Below the pieces are notes generated by a model. It saw only the letters and a list, made by a program, of their open reading frames with translations, ran no database searches and was not told the DNA's origin. Positions 63,866 through 64,000 of a DNA stretch of 64,000 nt are shown here, in pieces (the stretch's first letter is position 1; each line of letters begins with the position of its first letter). The position numbers and the translations under genes were made by a program. The stretch is from an uncultured Prevotellaceae bacterium (GTDB lineage Bacteria > Bacteroidota > Bacteroidia > Bacteroidales > Bacteroidaceae). The DNA lies in contig CADAKX010000004.1 of the NCBI GenBank assembly GCA_902788605.1, forward strand, positions 23,848 to 87,847. Direction: 5' to 3'.

Positions 63866-64000
63866 ATGATGAGACTATTATTAACCATGTTATTGGTGTT
63901 CTGTGCCGGCATGATGCAGGGCAAGAACGATGTTGAGATGATTACCATCAACGTTGACTCTCCACTCAACGCTCAGCGCAAGGTGACGGCCCACATGAAG
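63866..64000 (+). CDS. Secreted protein of unknown function; only the first 45 codons are in the window
   Basis: ATGATG at 63866 gives MMRLLLTMLLVFCAGMMQGKNDVEMITINVDSPLNAQRKVTAHMK, a signal-peptide-like N-terminus, open to the window edge. Confidence 0.45.
   Translation, partial: MMRLLLTMLLVFCAGMMQGKNDVEMITINVDSPLNAQRKVTAHMK

Noticed and set aside
1-64000. CRISPR arrays, insertion sequences, integrases, prophage or known defence-system genes
   Set aside because: No regularly spaced direct repeats were seen. No ORF shows transposase, integrase, recombinase, Cas, restriction-modification or toxin-antitoxin hallmarks. The only repeats are short intergenic hairpins and the paralogous TlpA 5' ends.

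Overview
This 64-kb window looks like ordinary core chromosome of a Bacteroidota genome, probably Prevotella/Segatella-like. That assignment is an inference from four things: recurrent TAnnTTTG -7 promoter boxes, a T9SS C-terminal sorting domain, a fused SecDF, and TlpA-type lipoproteins. All calls come from reading the ORF translations and the DNA by eye; no searches were run, and DUF names are recalled from memory.

Coding density is high and mostly housekeeping: metK, hemD-like, rnpA-yidD, tyrS, cysS, ispG, purE, rpoN, sufE-like, nrdDG, secDF, an HU protein, and two tRNAs (Gln-TTG, Arg-CCT). The accessory-type content is:
- a translationally coupled GH146-like / S9 peptidase / GH127-like operon facing a T9SS-exported HExxH protein;
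- an AT-rich pair of surface lipoprotein plus outer-membrane barrel, of unknown function;
- an aldo-keto reductase / FucP-like / Zn-ADH trio;
- an AsnC-linked fusion of a C26 amidotransferase and an M19 dipeptidase;
- three tandem FKBP genes and a GH3;
- three tandem TlpA-like thiol-disulfide oxidoreductases next to a membrane-anchored LuxR-type regulator.

I saw no transposase, integrase, phage genes, CRISPR array, rRNA or recognisable defence system. No single stretch stands out as an unambiguous new system. The best candidates are the glycosidase/peptidase locus (11.4-21.0 kb), the lipoprotein/barrel pair (35.2-38.5 kb), the regulator plus TlpA array (58.9-63.7 kb), the twin palindromes upstream of nrdDG, and the C26-M19 fusion. 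All functional ideas for these are hypotheses.
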